From TPA_inf: Saccharomyces (Eukaryota), in assembly GCA_000146045.2 (NCBI GenBank), contig BK006947.3:192001-256000 (forward strand): a DNA stretch of 64,000 bases, read 5' to 3'. Of this stretch, positions 22,740 through 35,369 are shown one piece after another. Both the position numbers and the translations under genes were made by a program. The notes beneath the pieces are model-generated. The model was not told where the DNA came from. It made no database searches and was given only the letters and a program-made list of their open reading frames with translations. Each line of letters starts with the position of its first letter. Within the stretch, counting starts at the first letter, position 1.

Positions 22740-22759
22740 TTACCCGTCTCCGTCACGTG
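22740..22759 (+). promoter_or_regulatory. Adjacent Reb1-like (TTACCCGT) and Cbf1 (GTCACGTG) sites in the CSL4 promoter
   Basis: TTACCCGT at 22740-22747 is immediately followed by the E-box GTCACGTG at 22752-22759, ~165 bp upstream of the CSL4 ATG. AAAAATTTCC follows. Confidence 0.5.
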
Positions 22760-22922
22760 AAGTAAAAATTTCCAAAAAATATTGAAAAAAGAAAGAAAAA
22801 TAAGATCCAGAATTCACTGATGATGAGCTTATGGTACGGCATGATTAACTACGCATTTGTATATTAAAGATTCTTTGATTTTTTCCAGAGCATTGAATAC
22901 CTCAATCTATAAGTGTATTATA

Positions 22923-23801
22923 ATGGCATGCAATTTTCAGTTTCCAGAAATAGCTTATCCAGGTAAACTAATATGCCCACAGTACGGTACGGAAAATAAA
23001 GATGGCGAAGATATAATTTTCAATTATGTGCCCGGTCCCGGAACTAAACTAATTCAATATGAACACAACGGACGAACTTTAGAAGCTATAACTGCTACAC
23101 TAGTTGGGACAGTGAGGTGTGAGGAAGAAAAAAAAACTGATCAGGAAGAAGAGCGTGAAGGCACTGATCAATCTACAGAGGAAGAAAAATCAGTAGATGC
23201 ATCACCTAATGATGTCACAAGAAGAACTGTAAAAAATATTCTGGTTTCAGTGCTTCCTGGGACAGAAAAGGGTCGTAAAACCAACAAATATGCTAATAAT
23301 GATTTTGCCAATAACCTACCGAAGGAAGGTGATATTGTGCTGACCAGGGTGACAAGGCTTTCGTTGCAACGAGCCAATGTCGAAATTTTAGCTGTGGAAG
23401 ATAAACCATCTCCAATTGATAGTGGCATCGGCAGTAATGGATCGGGAATAGTCGCTGCTGGTGGCGGTTCTGGAGCAGCTACGTTCTCTGTTTCTCAAGC
23501 ATCATCAGATTTAGGTGAGACATTCAGAGGTATAATCAGGTCTCAGGATGTACGGTCTACAGACAGAGATCGTGTGAAAGTGATAGAATGTTTCAAGCCG
23601 GGAGATATTGTTAGGGCGCAAGTTTTATCATTAGGTGACGGAACCAACTACTATTTGACCACTGCAAGGAATGACCTTGGGGTCGTGTTCGCCAGAGCTG
23701 CTAATGGTGCTGGTGGATTGATGTATGCTACAGACTGGCAAATGATGACTTCACCGGTTACAGGCGCTACAGAAAAGCGCAAATGTGCCAAACCTTTTTG
23801 A
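22923..23801 (+). CDS. CSL4: Exosome cap subunit with S1/Zn-ribbon-like domains (292 aa)
   Basis: Starts [15 protein letters not shown] at ATG 22923. Length and synteny YNL232W. Confidence 0.85.
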
Positions 23802-23986
23802 TATGTAACAGCTTATCTACAGTGCATATAGACGCGTATATATTTAAAAGAGGGTATTCGCTTCTTCTTCTTTAGATTGCATTCTTTGATGGTTAGGAAA
23901 AAGAAGCGGGAACGTGATTAAACTTTTTATTCTCTTTTATTTATTATATATTATAGTGCATTATCATTATCTATCTAAATTTGCCT

Positions 23987-25063
<1,077 letters not shown>

Positions 25064-25180
25064 TTATATAAAGTGGTTTTGTATTATTTGTTGGATGGAG
25101 AGAAGGGAACAGTTAGAAACAAAATAAGGATTGAAATATTTTTCTAACGAAGAAGTGGTATTAGTCTATCTAGAACTGAT

Positions 25181-25219
25181 ATATATACATACATATATAT
25201 ATATAAATATATATATATT
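25181..25219. repeat. TA-rich microsatellite (imperfect (TA)n / ATACAT)
   Basis: atatatacatacatatatatatataaatatatatatat in the PDR16 upstream region. Confidence 0.8.
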
Positions 25220-25456
25220 CAGACAATGAGCACAATATTGTGCATGTACAAGAGTGGGATGCGCATATAGTGCATGAACCTATTGCGATAAAGATCTGGC
25301 AATATATAGAGAGATATATCGCATGCTTGCACTCAAATAGAGTCGGGTGGAATGAAAAAAATCATAAAAATTACTAAGACGGAAGACAAAAAGATGACGC
25401 GCAACGCGAAAATCGCTTATAAGCAGGGATGCCGTTGCTTCCGGTTGCTTTCTTTC

Positions 25457-25464
25457 TCCGCGGA
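25457..25464. promoter_or_regulatory. Pdr1/Pdr3 response element (PDRE), perfect palindrome TCCGCGGA
   Basis: Exact 8/8 consensus located 415 bp upstream of the PDR16 ATG (minus strand), in the ELA1-PDR16 intergenic region. Confidence 0.7.
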
Positions 25465-25522
25465 ATGACTGGACCCGTGGGAAATCGCAGGGGATGTGAC
25501 GGCCTTCGGAGTTGGGTTACTG

Positions 25523-26662
25523 CTATTTCCGTGGCTCATAGATATACGGACGGGTAGTAGGGCCGGTTGCGGTCACGTGCGGAAAACTATCTCCGTCAGA
25601 TCCGGCATTTCGTACGAAAATTCCGGATTTCTTCTTCTTGTGGCCCTTTGTTACGGGATTTGCGGTGACACTTGATATTGAAGTTACAACATCTTTGTGG
25701 GGATAAGGATGAGAAGTAGTACGGTGATCGTTGGTGATCGCTGTTGTATGGGGTCGAGAACCTGCAGCGTTTGTCTTCGGAGTAGGCCTGAATAGCGCAG
25801 GTTTTTTACGATTGAGAAAGATTGACGGTGATTCGGATCTTCTCTTCTTCACCGGCGTGATGGGCTGCGTAACATCTTTCTTCTCTGCTGTGACATTATC
25901 CATTTGACGATTTACCTTAACAGGCTCCGGTTTGATGGACAATGGGCCTTTCTTGGGGGAAGACGATTGTCCGCCCGCTTGGCCACCAAAGGCCACACGT
26001 TGCGCATGCCTTTTTGCAATGTTGAATCCGCCGTCTTTGAAATGCTTTAGTCTGGACTCGTGATCTTTCAACGATTTCATGTATAATTGCGAATGGGGTT
26101 CGTTGTGCAACCTTGTAGTCTTCTTGGTGTTTCTCTTTTTGAAGTAAACAGTGTGGTCAACCACTATGGTTTGCTTTTTTTCTCTTTCTTGCTGCAACTT
26201 CTGCATTTCCAGCCTTAATCTCTCTGCGCTTTCCTCTTGTTTCTTTTCCACTTCTTGTTGGTACTTTGAGTATAACATTCTGTATGGTATTCGGTACTTG
26301 TTGTTTCGGATGTCTTTGACGACTGATTGACGCACGCAAGACTTCAATAAATCCTGATTCGAATGGTACAGTTCTATATCGTTTTCCTTAACGAAATCAA
26401 AGTAATATTTGCAAATAATGTCTCTCTTAGAGACAAATTGTTCGTGTACATTAGTCGGGAAATCTTGCCTTAAAAATTCTAACCATAGTTCATCATCGTC
26501 AAATATCAATAGTACGTTGCTTTTCTCAAGTTTTAATAGTTGTGGTATTTTTACTTTCTGCAGTATCCTCTTTAATAAGTGATAGGGGACATTACTCACA
26601 GATTGTATGTTTGAATGATTTCTCATCAATGAGATTTCACATAGTGTTTGTAAACTTTTCAT
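25523..26662 (-). CDS. ELA1: Elongin A homolog (379 aa)
   Basis: 379-aa basic protein; size and position match YNL230C. Confidence 0.8.
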
Positions 26663-27136
26663 ATCTCGACATCAATCGATTTATACATTCACTAGAACGT
26701 ATTTCCATGAACAAAAACCGTTTGCATGTAAGTTACATATGTATCTAATCGTCATAACTGAACAAATCCCTTCTTCGCAAATATTAAATATTTGAAATTT
26801 TCTATTGTGATCTTTCTTAAGCCCATCGTGGCAAATGCCGAGAAAAATACGCAATTGTACCAGCTTTATTGAAAGCGCCAGATATACAGTGACAACACCC
26901 CGAATATAGTTGAGAAATTTATAGTATTTCAATTATTACATAAAACAAAATTTTGGAATTCTGTGGTTGGGGTAACAAAGAATAAATAGAAGCAACAGAA
27001 ATTTCAAAACTATTATATACTTCTATGACATTTTTGTTTATATTTGCACTTAATTTTCCTTTTTGTCTGCCTATATACATACCCTTATAACCTTCTTTTC
27101 CTCCTTCTTCTTTCTTTCTTGTTTTTAAAGCAGCCT

Positions 27137-28201
27137 TCATTCACCACGCAATGCCTTGATGACCGCGGGTCTTCTCATCATATGCTTCGTCCATTTGTAA
27201 ACTTCTGGAAATTCAATTTTGATATTAATGCCAATTCTATCCACGACATTATTCCATGGGACAAAGGCCAAATCTGCTATAGTTAATTTATCTCCTACAA
27301 GCCATACGGGATAATCAAAGAAACGACTTTGTGACATTGGTGTTGTACCAGCTGAGTATGCAGCCGCATTTTCCGTGTCTAATTCCATCACCAGCGCTTC
27401 TCTACGTTCAGCCAAGGCCATCTCCACTACACCGTAAACTCTTCTAACCTCATCCGTATATCTTTCTACAGCACTTGCTATCTTTTGTGAATGGAAGTAT
27501 CTGAAATGTAAAGCTTGTCCAATCATTGGCGCATGCCCTGACGTTTGGAAGAACAACCATGCGTTGATTTGTGATTGGTCAGCTAAATCATCGGACCAGA
27601 GTAATGGATTACCAGTCTCTTTGTAATATTTATTTACCAAATGTAATAAAATCGCCCCTGATTCCCAAATAGACAAGTTGTCCATACCATGATCGATTAA
27701 AGCTGGAACTCTTGCATTAGGGTTCACAGACACAAATTCGGGGGCCCTATGTTCGCCAAGATTGAAATCTAGGAAGATTGTGTTATAATGAAATCCAAGT
27801 TCACTTAGTACTATAGCAACTTTGAATCCATTAGGCGCAGACCTGTGAGAGAAAAGGGTATATCCCTCCAGTGGTTGTTCTTGAAAAAATTTTGTAATTC
27901 TGGAATACTCCACGTGACTCATATCCGAAAATGCCTGTTGTTGTTGTCGATGTTGTTCTAAGGTATTCTTGATATTATTCTCGTTATCATTATTTTGGCT
28001 ACCATTGCGGCCGCTGTTATTGTTTTGAACATTATTGTTATTACTACTGCTATTGTTATTATTATTATTATTTACACCTGTTGAAAATTCAAAATTTATA
28101 TTACTTTGATCGGTGGTTGTATTACTGTTCCTGTTTCCTATGTTTACTTGACGGAGCGCATTGGAGAGATTCGACACTTGGTTGCCGTTGTTATTCATCA
28201 T
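27137..28201 (-). CDS. URE2: Nitrogen catabolite repression regulator, glutathione-S-transferase-like, with N-terminal Asn-rich prion domain (354 aa)
   Basis: N-terminus MMNNNGNQVSNLSNALRQVNIGNRNSNTTTDQSNINFEFSTGVNNNNNNNSSSNNNNVQNNNSGRNGSQNNDNENN, followed by a GST-fold C-terminal domain. Confidence 0.95.
   Translation of the reverse strand: MMNNNGNQVSNLSNALRQVNIGNRNSNTTTDQSNINFEFSTGVNNNNNNNSSSNNNNVQNNNSGRNGSQNNDNENNIKNTLEQHRQQQQAFSDMSHVEYSRITKFFQEQPLEGYTLFSHRSAPNGFKVAIVLSELGFHYNTIFLDFNLGEHRAPEFVSVNPNARVPALIDHGMDNLSIWESGAILLHLVNKYYKETGNPLLWSDDLADQSQINAWLFFQTSGHAPMIGQALHFRYFHSQKIASAVERYTDEVRRVYGVVEMALAERREALVMELDTENAAAYSAGTTPMSQSRFFDYPVWLVGDKLTIADLAFVPWNNVVDRIGINIKIEFPEVYKWTKHMMRRPAVIKALRGE
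27935..28201 (-). repeat. URE2: Asn/Ser-rich low-complexity region encoding the Ure2 prion-forming domain (aa 1 to ~89)
   Basis: Runs of AAT/AAC codons, visible on the plus strand as ATTATT/GTTGTT repeats. The translation is 40-50% Asn. Confidence 0.85.
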
Positions 28202-28658
28202 TTGGTGTACAACTTAATTTGCAGCTTAAAACAATATGACTAATAACAAAAAATGAAAAACTAAAAATAAAGAAGTTCGTACGGGGGATCTTTATTCCTC
28301 TTCGATTCAATTCAGTGCTATAAACAATTCCAAATGAGCTGTTTGAAAAGGAAAGATTTTTGCTATTCTTTTCAACCTCGAGTAAGGAAGCTTTCGTCTT
28401 TGTATAGTTGCTTTTCTGGCCTAGTAGAAAGGAAAACTACATGCTGAAGCCACTCTTCCTCAAAAATTCAATAGTGGCAGCTCATCAATCCTCCTATTCG
28501 GCGAGAATTGAAAAAAAAATTCCAGGCTGCGTCACCCGGATTAATGTTGTTATTCCAGACAACAGTCGGTATTCATTTTCCACATTGACTACAGTTAAAT
28601 TAAACTCTACACAGCTCTACTAATAATTTCTGTTTCGGCGTTCTATGGTTTGGTGTCA

Positions 28659-30431
28659 CTATATTCTTTTGGTCTTGACTTTCTTTCTTTTCACTACGTT
28701 TTTCACTGCCGCATGCCCTGCTATCTTCACGTGGTTGAATAGCTTATTTCGACTATCAAATGATTCTCCGCATGTAGTGCACACCTCGATCGCGGAGGTT
28801 GGAGACATAGAGGACGGTAGAGTCGACAAGGACGGAGTGCTTTTTGTGGATTTAGAATTCTTTTTAGGTTGTTTGCCCTTTTTCTTTTTCGCTTTAGTAG
28901 ACCAATCTTCATCGTCATCCGTTTGTAAGCCCTTGTCTCCTAGTGATGCCAAAAGATCATCCAACTCATTACTCCGTTTGTCTTTAGTATCATCGAACGA
29001 TTCAGATTCCTCTGTTTCTGTGTCAACCTTTGCTTTTTTTTTCTTTTTTCTTTTCTTTTTATTCTTCGTATTCACATGTACATTTTCATCCGAACTGACG
29101 TCTTCTACCTCTATATCCATTTCTATGTTGAGATTGTCATCTTCACTTTCGTCTTCAGAAGACGATTCTGCCAGTTTTCTTTCAATTTCAGCGAGTTCAG
29201 CTTGCAATGCTTGCAGATCAATATCTTCTTTTTCTTTAACACTTTCATCTGCTGAATCAAATTTCTCGAGATCGGAGAGATTATCCAACCCAAGCGTTAT
29301 GTTTTCCTCTTCCATTTCTTTCCGTATCTCTTCCATATTTTTCTTATGCAGTTTAGTGTTTATGTGGTTTTTCAATTGCTTTTCCGACTTAAATGTCTTG
29401 TTGCAGATAAAACACTCGTAAATCAATACTTCACCTTCCTTATCATTCTTAGAATTTTCGAATTCTCCAAAATTATCATATACCTTTTCCAGTTCATCCC
29501 AGTTTTCTTCTTTTACCGTTTGCCAGCTTTGTAAATGAAATTTTTCTTCGTCATTGTTGTCGTTCCCAAACTTTCTTCTGTTATTTAACTCATTTTTCCT
29601 CTGTTGTTCTTTTAGTTTACGCTGTTCTTCTGCAATTTTTGCACCTTCTTTCATTCTTTTATCGAGCTTTTTTATGAAAACTACAAACCTTTTCACGGTT
29701 TTGTTGTATTCATTTCGAGCTTGTTGCCTAGCCTTCTCATTTCTTCTATTAACTTCCCTCTTGGTTCTTCTGTCATAGTTTTTAGAGTACATGTACTCGT
29801 CTTTCCAGCTAAAACTTTTCAAGGTATTGAACGCTGACCAAGTCTTATAGAAATGTTTCAAATATTCATAATCCGTTGGCGAATATCCAAATAAAGGATA
29901 TAAAAGTTTATCCGTCTTGTTAATAAAGTTATCGCAGGCTTTCAAATAGCCAATACTATTAATATCCTGTTCGAATACATCATCTTGATACTCGGAAAAT
30001 TTCCCCAGTCGCTTACCACTTAAAATCTCATCTTTAGCTAACTTGGCAAATATTTTTCCTGCAATTTGATATATCCCAGCAGCTGAGTTGTCTATTTTAG
30101 TATAAAGAGCAGAGTTAAAAAATAAGAGTAATTCATCAGTTGTGACACCTGTGACTGTAGCGTCTACCTCATAATCATAGTAATCATCAGTGCTTGGTGG
30201 AGTATCATTTAAAATTTGTTCCTTATGTGAGTCATACCATGCTCTTTCCTGGGGGTCAGACAGTACTTCATAAGCGGCTCGAATCACAGCAAATTTTTGT
30301 GTGGCTTCTTCAACATTATCTGGGTTTTTATCTGGGTGATATTGTAGGGCCTTTTTACGGTAAGCTTTTTTTAACTCAAGATCAGAAGCATGCGTTTCGA
30401 CCCCTAAAAGCTCATAGTAGCAGGTCTTCAT
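28659..30431 (-). CDS. JJJ1: J-protein co-chaperone for 60S ribosome biogenesis (590 aa)
   Basis: N-terminal DnaJ domain with HPD (YHPDKNPD), two C2H2-type zinc fingers ([23 protein letters not shown] and [23 protein letters not shown]) and a poly-Lys tract. Confidence 0.9.
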   Translation of the reverse strand: MKTCYYELLGVETHASDLELKKAYRKKALQYHPDKNPDNVEEATQKFAVIRAAYEVLSDPQERAWYDSHKEQILNDTPPSTDDYYDYEVDATVTGVTTDELLLFFNSALYTKIDNSAAGIYQIAGKIFAKLAKDEILSGKRLGKFSEYQDDVFEQDINSIGYLKACDNFINKTDKLLYPLFGYSPTDYEYLKHFYKTWSAFNTLKSFSWKDEYMYSKNYDRRTKREVNRRNEKARQQARNEYNKTVKRFVVFIKKLDKRMKEGAKIAEEQRKLKEQQRKNELNNRRKFGNDNNDEEKFHLQSWQTVKEENWDELEKVYDNFGEFENSKNDKEGEVLIYECFICNKTFKSEKQLKNHINTKLHKKNMEEIRKEMEEENITLGLDNLSDLEKFDSADESVKEKEDIDLQALQAELAEIERKLAESSSEDESEDDNLNIEMDIEVEDVSSDENVHVNTKNKKKRKKKKKAKVDTETEESESFDDTKDKRSNELDDLLASLGDKGLQTDDDEDWSTKAKKKKGKQPKKNSKSTKSTPSLSTLPSSMSPTSAIEVCTTCGESFDSRNKLFNHVKIAGHAAVKNVVKRKKVKTKRI

Positions 30432-30723
30432 CCGTTATTTTTGAAGTAGTAGGATATCACTATACTGATATTAACTCTTGGCTGGTCAGACTTTTACTAT
30501 GTAAAAAGAGCTACTTTGCGATGACTTCAAATTTTTTTCACGTATATTTTTTTTCTATTCTTAAAACAAGAAAAAGTGTAAACATAAAATGTTGGCCGCT
30601 TAAGCCCTCCAATTTTACAACAAATGAATATTTTATACATACTTCCTAGAATATAATTTAATCTTATACCTTAATTTTTAGTTACAATTACAACAATTTA
30701 TCTATTGACTCCGTTAATAAAAA

Positions 30724-32469
30724 TTACTTCACCATCTTCTCCAGGATATGATCATACAGATGGTCCAGACACCTCTCCAAATGGTGATCTATGGAATCCA
30801 TCCTGCGCGTTGACATAAAATCATAGTATGCTTGATCCGTAAATTTCTTTAGATTCATTTCTTGACTATATACTTGTCTATGCAGACGTTGAGCAAAATT
30901 GGACAGCATGATGTTTTCATATTTCAATTTGATAGCCAGCAACGGAATCTTTCGCCTTAACTTTGGATAAGGAATACCAACAGCCAAAACAATTTCTTTG
31001 ACAGTATTTTGTAAAGTCGTCAAATTTGCTGAATCAATTTGTTCAACCATAAGGAAATTACATTCTTCTGCCGAAATATCGGGCCTTGACTGTAAGATAT
31101 TTTTTATTGTAATCCTTTCAGAAGTATTTCCCTCTAAGTTTCCAAATCGCGACCTCAAATTATCCAGTTCCTTTGATAGAGTGTTTGTTTTCTTTTCAGC
31201 ATCTGCTAGCATTTTTTCTTTATCCTTCAATGATGTTTCGTATTTTTCTTTGCTTTTTTCCCATGATCCTAGTCTTTCATTCAACCTTTCCAGCTTAATT
31301 TTTATTTCCTCATTACATCCTTTCAAAATTTCCTTCTCATCGATTGTCAACTTGTCAAATTTATCACATAGTATTTTGTTCTGTTTGGAAAGGGTTTTAT
31401 TTGTACCAATTAAAGTATTATTTTTTTCTCTCATGGTCTGGATTTCAATTTTTTTATTCTCTAACTCATTTCGGAGATCCTCAGCTTCTGCTTTTGCATT
31501 TTTAAATCGCTGAGAAATGCGGCTCAGCTCTTCTTGCTGTGATGCACATAAAAACCCTTTAATATTAGGATATTTTTCTTGTAATATGTGATCTAATTTT
31601 GAAGAATTTTCCTCCGAGTCATACAAATCGAAAAACAATATACCAATCGGTATTTCAAACAGCTCGGCCTTTCTTAAGGAGTCAGTGAGACTTAGTAATG
31701 CAGTGTGTTTTGTCTGAATAGTATCATTGGCTTTTTCCAACATTTCTTTATTCAGCGAAAGGTCCTTTGTTAGGTTTTCAATCAATACTGTCTGTTCTTC
31801 AATTTTTTTTTTGTTATCTAAGGTTTTGTCGTTTGACTTCGTAGCTGCTTCGAGCTCCTTTTGTAAAGAGTTTGCTCTTTCCTCTTGTCTTAGATTATCT
31901 CTACCCAATTCAATAACTTTTTTTTGATACCCCAGTATCACATTTTCTAACATTCGAAAATCCTCTTTCGATAAGGAGTTTTGTAGAAAAATTTTGGCAC
32001 CGTTACAGTCTTCTATCGAGATATCTGGCGATGTATGTTCATCAGTTGGTTGAGCAGAAGCCTGTTCATTTGCCCTCGTAAAATGCTTCGAAGAGTTTTC
32101 TCTAGGAGTAGAGTGTATGAAATTGGGTACATCCTTTTTATGAACATCAGTACCTATGGGAGACTTATCTTTTTCGTTTTTTGGTCGTTCTTGTAATCCT
32201 GGAGATTCCTGATAACTAGTATTTCTAGCATAATTCATTTGATCCATAGATGGTGATTTGTTCTCTTCATATGAGTCTCTAGCATTGGAAAAGTTGCAAT
32301 TGATGACATCTTCAGGGTTAACGAATAAAGGTAAGATGGATTTTCCGACATGATTTTCATTTAGCCAGTTTTGTGGGATTGGCTCTCCGTCTTTAATTTC
32401 CCCATTCTCTGATACAGGAGAATCCAAACGCTCATGAAATGGAAAATTCATTAAATCGAAATCAGTCAT
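30724..32469 (-). CDS. CNM67: Spindle pole body outer plaque coiled-coil protein (581 aa)
   Basis: Starts MTDFDLMNFPFHERL at ATG (minus strand) 32467-32469. Extensive heptad/coiled-coil sequence. Synteny YNL225C. Confidence 0.8.
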   Translation of the reverse strand: MTDFDLMNFPFHERLDSPVSENGEIKDGEPIPQNWLNENHVGKSILPLFVNPEDVINCNFSNARDSYEENKSPSMDQMNYARNTSYQESPGLQERPKNEKDKSPIGTDVHKKDVPNFIHSTPRENSSKHFTRANEQASAQPTDEHTSPDISIEDCNGAKIFLQNSLSKEDFRMLENVILGYQKKVIELGRDNLRQEERANSLQKELEAATKSNDKTLDNKKKIEEQTVLIENLTKDLSLNKEMLEKANDTIQTKHTALLSLTDSLRKAELFEIPIGILFFDLYDSEENSSKLDHILQEKYPNIKGFLCASQQEELSRISQRFKNAKAEAEDLRNELENKKIEIQTMREKNNTLIGTNKTLSKQNKILCDKFDKLTIDEKEILKGCNEEIKIKLERLNERLGSWEKSKEKYETSLKDKEKMLADAEKKTNTLSKELDNLRSRFGNLEGNTSERITIKNILQSRPDISAEECNFLMVEQIDSANLTTLQNTVKEIVLAVGIPYPKLRRKIPLLAIKLKYENIMLSNFAQRLHRQVYSQEMNLKKFTDQAYYDFMSTRRMDSIDHHLERCLDHLYDHILEKMVK

Positions 32470-32795
32470 GATGTACAAAAGACCTGTCACTATTTACTAG
32501 TGATTATTTTTTGTATGTGTAGATTTCTTCCCGAGGAACGTTAACGTTATTAGTTGTTTTATTACTATAAACGTTCCACAAAAAATTGCCTAACGCCTCA
32601 CGTCGCGCAACGCGAATTTTCACAAGAAGATGTTATTTACAGTTACGATAATTGAATTGGATATGTAACGAGAAGTTGTACCTAAAACTCCGTATGTGTA
32701 TATTACCATAGATTTTTCATGGTCTAGTCTAGAAAATAAAAAAATATGTATATACGCAATTGTTAAGAAAATGAGGATTAAAAGCTTGGAAAATA

Positions 32796-35099
32796 TTAAC
32801 TTTCACTGTGTCTTAAACCCGATCTATTCTTTTTAATTTTGGCAAAAATTGGTTCACTTATACCTTTATTGCCTTGAATACCAAGGCCCTCTCCACTTTT
32901 CCACCCAAGCTTTTCCAACATTCTTCTACCGATATTTTCGTTTCCAATCTCTGGAGCGTTTTGACCAACAATCTCACCTTCTTTAACATGAAATTTCCCT
33001 CTGATTGTTTTAGTTCTTTCGAAAGCAGCTTGTTCCTCCCTCGGTCTTCTTATATCTATTCTCATGAATACTGGCCTCTGCCTCATCAATTGGTCAATGA
33101 GACTATAATTCGGAGAAGACCATTTCGTTTTCTTTATTTTTTCTACAACAACCGACGTATGATTTGCTTTCCCAATTTTTGAACTCTTCATATTATAATG
33201 CTTCGCAATTTTCATTACGGTCTTGTTTCCATGAGGATCTAATGGAGGGAAAGTCAGTCTATCATTGTTCCTAGACAAAAAGGACTCAAATTCATCTTTA
33301 ATATTTTGAATATGGAGTCCATATGGGTATTTCTTGAGCATATCGTTCGAATTTCTATTCTCCTGATCAATGAAATCTTCTTTGGCTTTTCTTTTCTTTG
33401 CTTTGGTTTCTATGCGTTTACTAAACTTACTTTGTAACGTCTCCAACGTTTCTGTATCCAGCGCTAAGGCGTCATCGATGAGTAGCTTCTTCTTCTTACC
33501 TTTACCCTTAGTTTCCAAGGACTTGGTTTCAAATGTTTTGAATCTTTCTGTATCATGTTTCAATGTGTATGCAATTAGGTCGTCCAGACCCTCTTCAATG
33601 TCGCTATGCACAACCGAGGAGGCCATATCTTCATCATCTTCATAGCTGTCGCCTTCATAGCTGTCACCTTCATCACTCGAATCAGAAATCGGAATATCTG
33701 AGTAGGTTGGCTCAGCTGGTTCAATTTTTGGTATAAGAGAATTTTTAATAAAATTCAAATATGCAGGTAATCTATCTTCAGGAAGACCTAACTCGTCTAC
33801 AACGAAGTCTGTGAGTAAGTCCTGGTCAATCCAATGAAAGTCGTAATCTCCCAGTAATCTGTAACACCGTAGATAATATGAATTGTCTACTCCGCCCATT
33901 CTTATATTGGAGACCACTATGTCATTAGTATTTATGACAAAATCTTCTTCTTTGAATCCAAATTCTAACTCTTCGCTAGCAGGAGATGGCAGATTATCAT
34001 TATTGCCTTCGAATGTTTTGGTACCATTTATTGAAAGACATTTTATATCTTCTGTCAACTGCGGACTAGGGCTTGGTAAAAGATTGTTGTCAGCTCGGGA
34101 ATTGTGACGTTGGCCAACATAATTAAACCCTTGATCAACCTCAGAACTTGCTGAGGATTCGTATAAAGGTTCACTATTATTCTCTGTTTCTATTTCGTAG
34201 TCTAGTTCATCATTGTCCGAGTCGCTAGTATGCATACCATGTAATACGTTGGAAATGTAACCAGCAAATGGATGATATGTCTTATTACCCTTATTTGGAA
34301 CGTCAACACTAATTTCCTTGCTTTCGTTACCTTCGGAAACGCTAAGTTCAACCTTTCCAATTGTTAAGATAGGATCGAACTCTATCGCAACTTCTCTTGG
34401 CCTTGCGATTTCCTCGATACATACTCTTTTTATTTTGGTTAGATCCGGCGATTGCTGAGCCTCTTCATCTACAAAAAACAGGTCACCATCTTCAACTTTG
34501 CTTTCATTCGAAGACAGCGAGTGGTCCGTCGAGGGTGAATTCTGACTATCATCATCCTCGTTTTCACTGTCTTCATTGTTAATATATTCAACATCAGAAG
34601 TCATCTTTCCTGGTTCTTCAAAAACGTCTGCTTCCCTTTCGACAATTTCTTCACTGTTCTTTGTTTCGTTCTTTGCTCTCAGTTTTTGAATCATATTGTG
34701 GGATGGATCGTAAACTTCCTTAGCTTTTACAAATTGCATAGGTCTTTTGCGGAATGCTGCCCTTCCTGCTTGTAGGTCAGTTGAAGAATCATATCGATTA
34801 CCTGGTCTTAAACCACCCATTTTCATAGAACGGCTCTTGGCATCGCGACCAAAATAATAGTCTTCTATAGTTTTTGGTGATATGAATGCTCTTCCTGGGT
34901 TGAAGTCGGCGCCTACATCATCAAGATCACCTTCTCCTAGTGGTATAGAAGAGTTATGCCAACTGTTAGTGGGAGTAGGTTTTTTCTTTATCTTTCTGCC
35001 TTGTATGCCTTTAGCATTCCCCCTGCCAGCTTTCTTGGAATTGCTACCACGTGCATGCCTACGTCTGCTTCCTTGATAATGACTATGCCTTTTTGCCAT
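32796..35099 (-). CDS. SQS1: R3H and G-patch domain protein, Prp43 helicase cofactor (767 aa)
   Basis: C-terminal G-patch ([28 protein letters not shown]), an upstream R3H-like region and an acidic disordered middle. Length matches. Confidence 0.8.
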
Positions 35100-35369
35100 T
35101 TTTTTTGACGGTTACAACAATTTATGCTTATATTTGACTCTGCGATTAAATCACTTCTTCCTTCTAGAAACTCTGCGCAGGCCTAATTGTTGTTGTTTTG
35201 TTCAGATCTTATTTAATTGTAAAATGTCAAATTTCACTTTTATTCTTTAGGCGGTGACCGTTGCAGCTGCCAACAATAGCGCCTCAAAGGAAAAAAGTAA
35301 AAATATACACACAATAACGTTAGTAGATGAAGAATGGACGACTTCTTATCACGTATAGGAGTGATATAC

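Noticed and set aside
28645-29421. 258-aa plus-strand ORF entirely antisense to JJJ1
   Set aside because: The translation is Ser/Phe/Leu low complexity ([20 protein letters not shown]), produced by reading the complement of the Lys/Glu-rich JJJ1 codons. Typical spurious antisense ORF (YNL228W-like dubious).
30194-30649. 151-aa plus-strand ORF overlapping the JJJ1 start codon and its promoter
   Set aside because: Overlaps the 5' end of a verified gene on the opposite strand and has no recognisable features. Likely non-coding.
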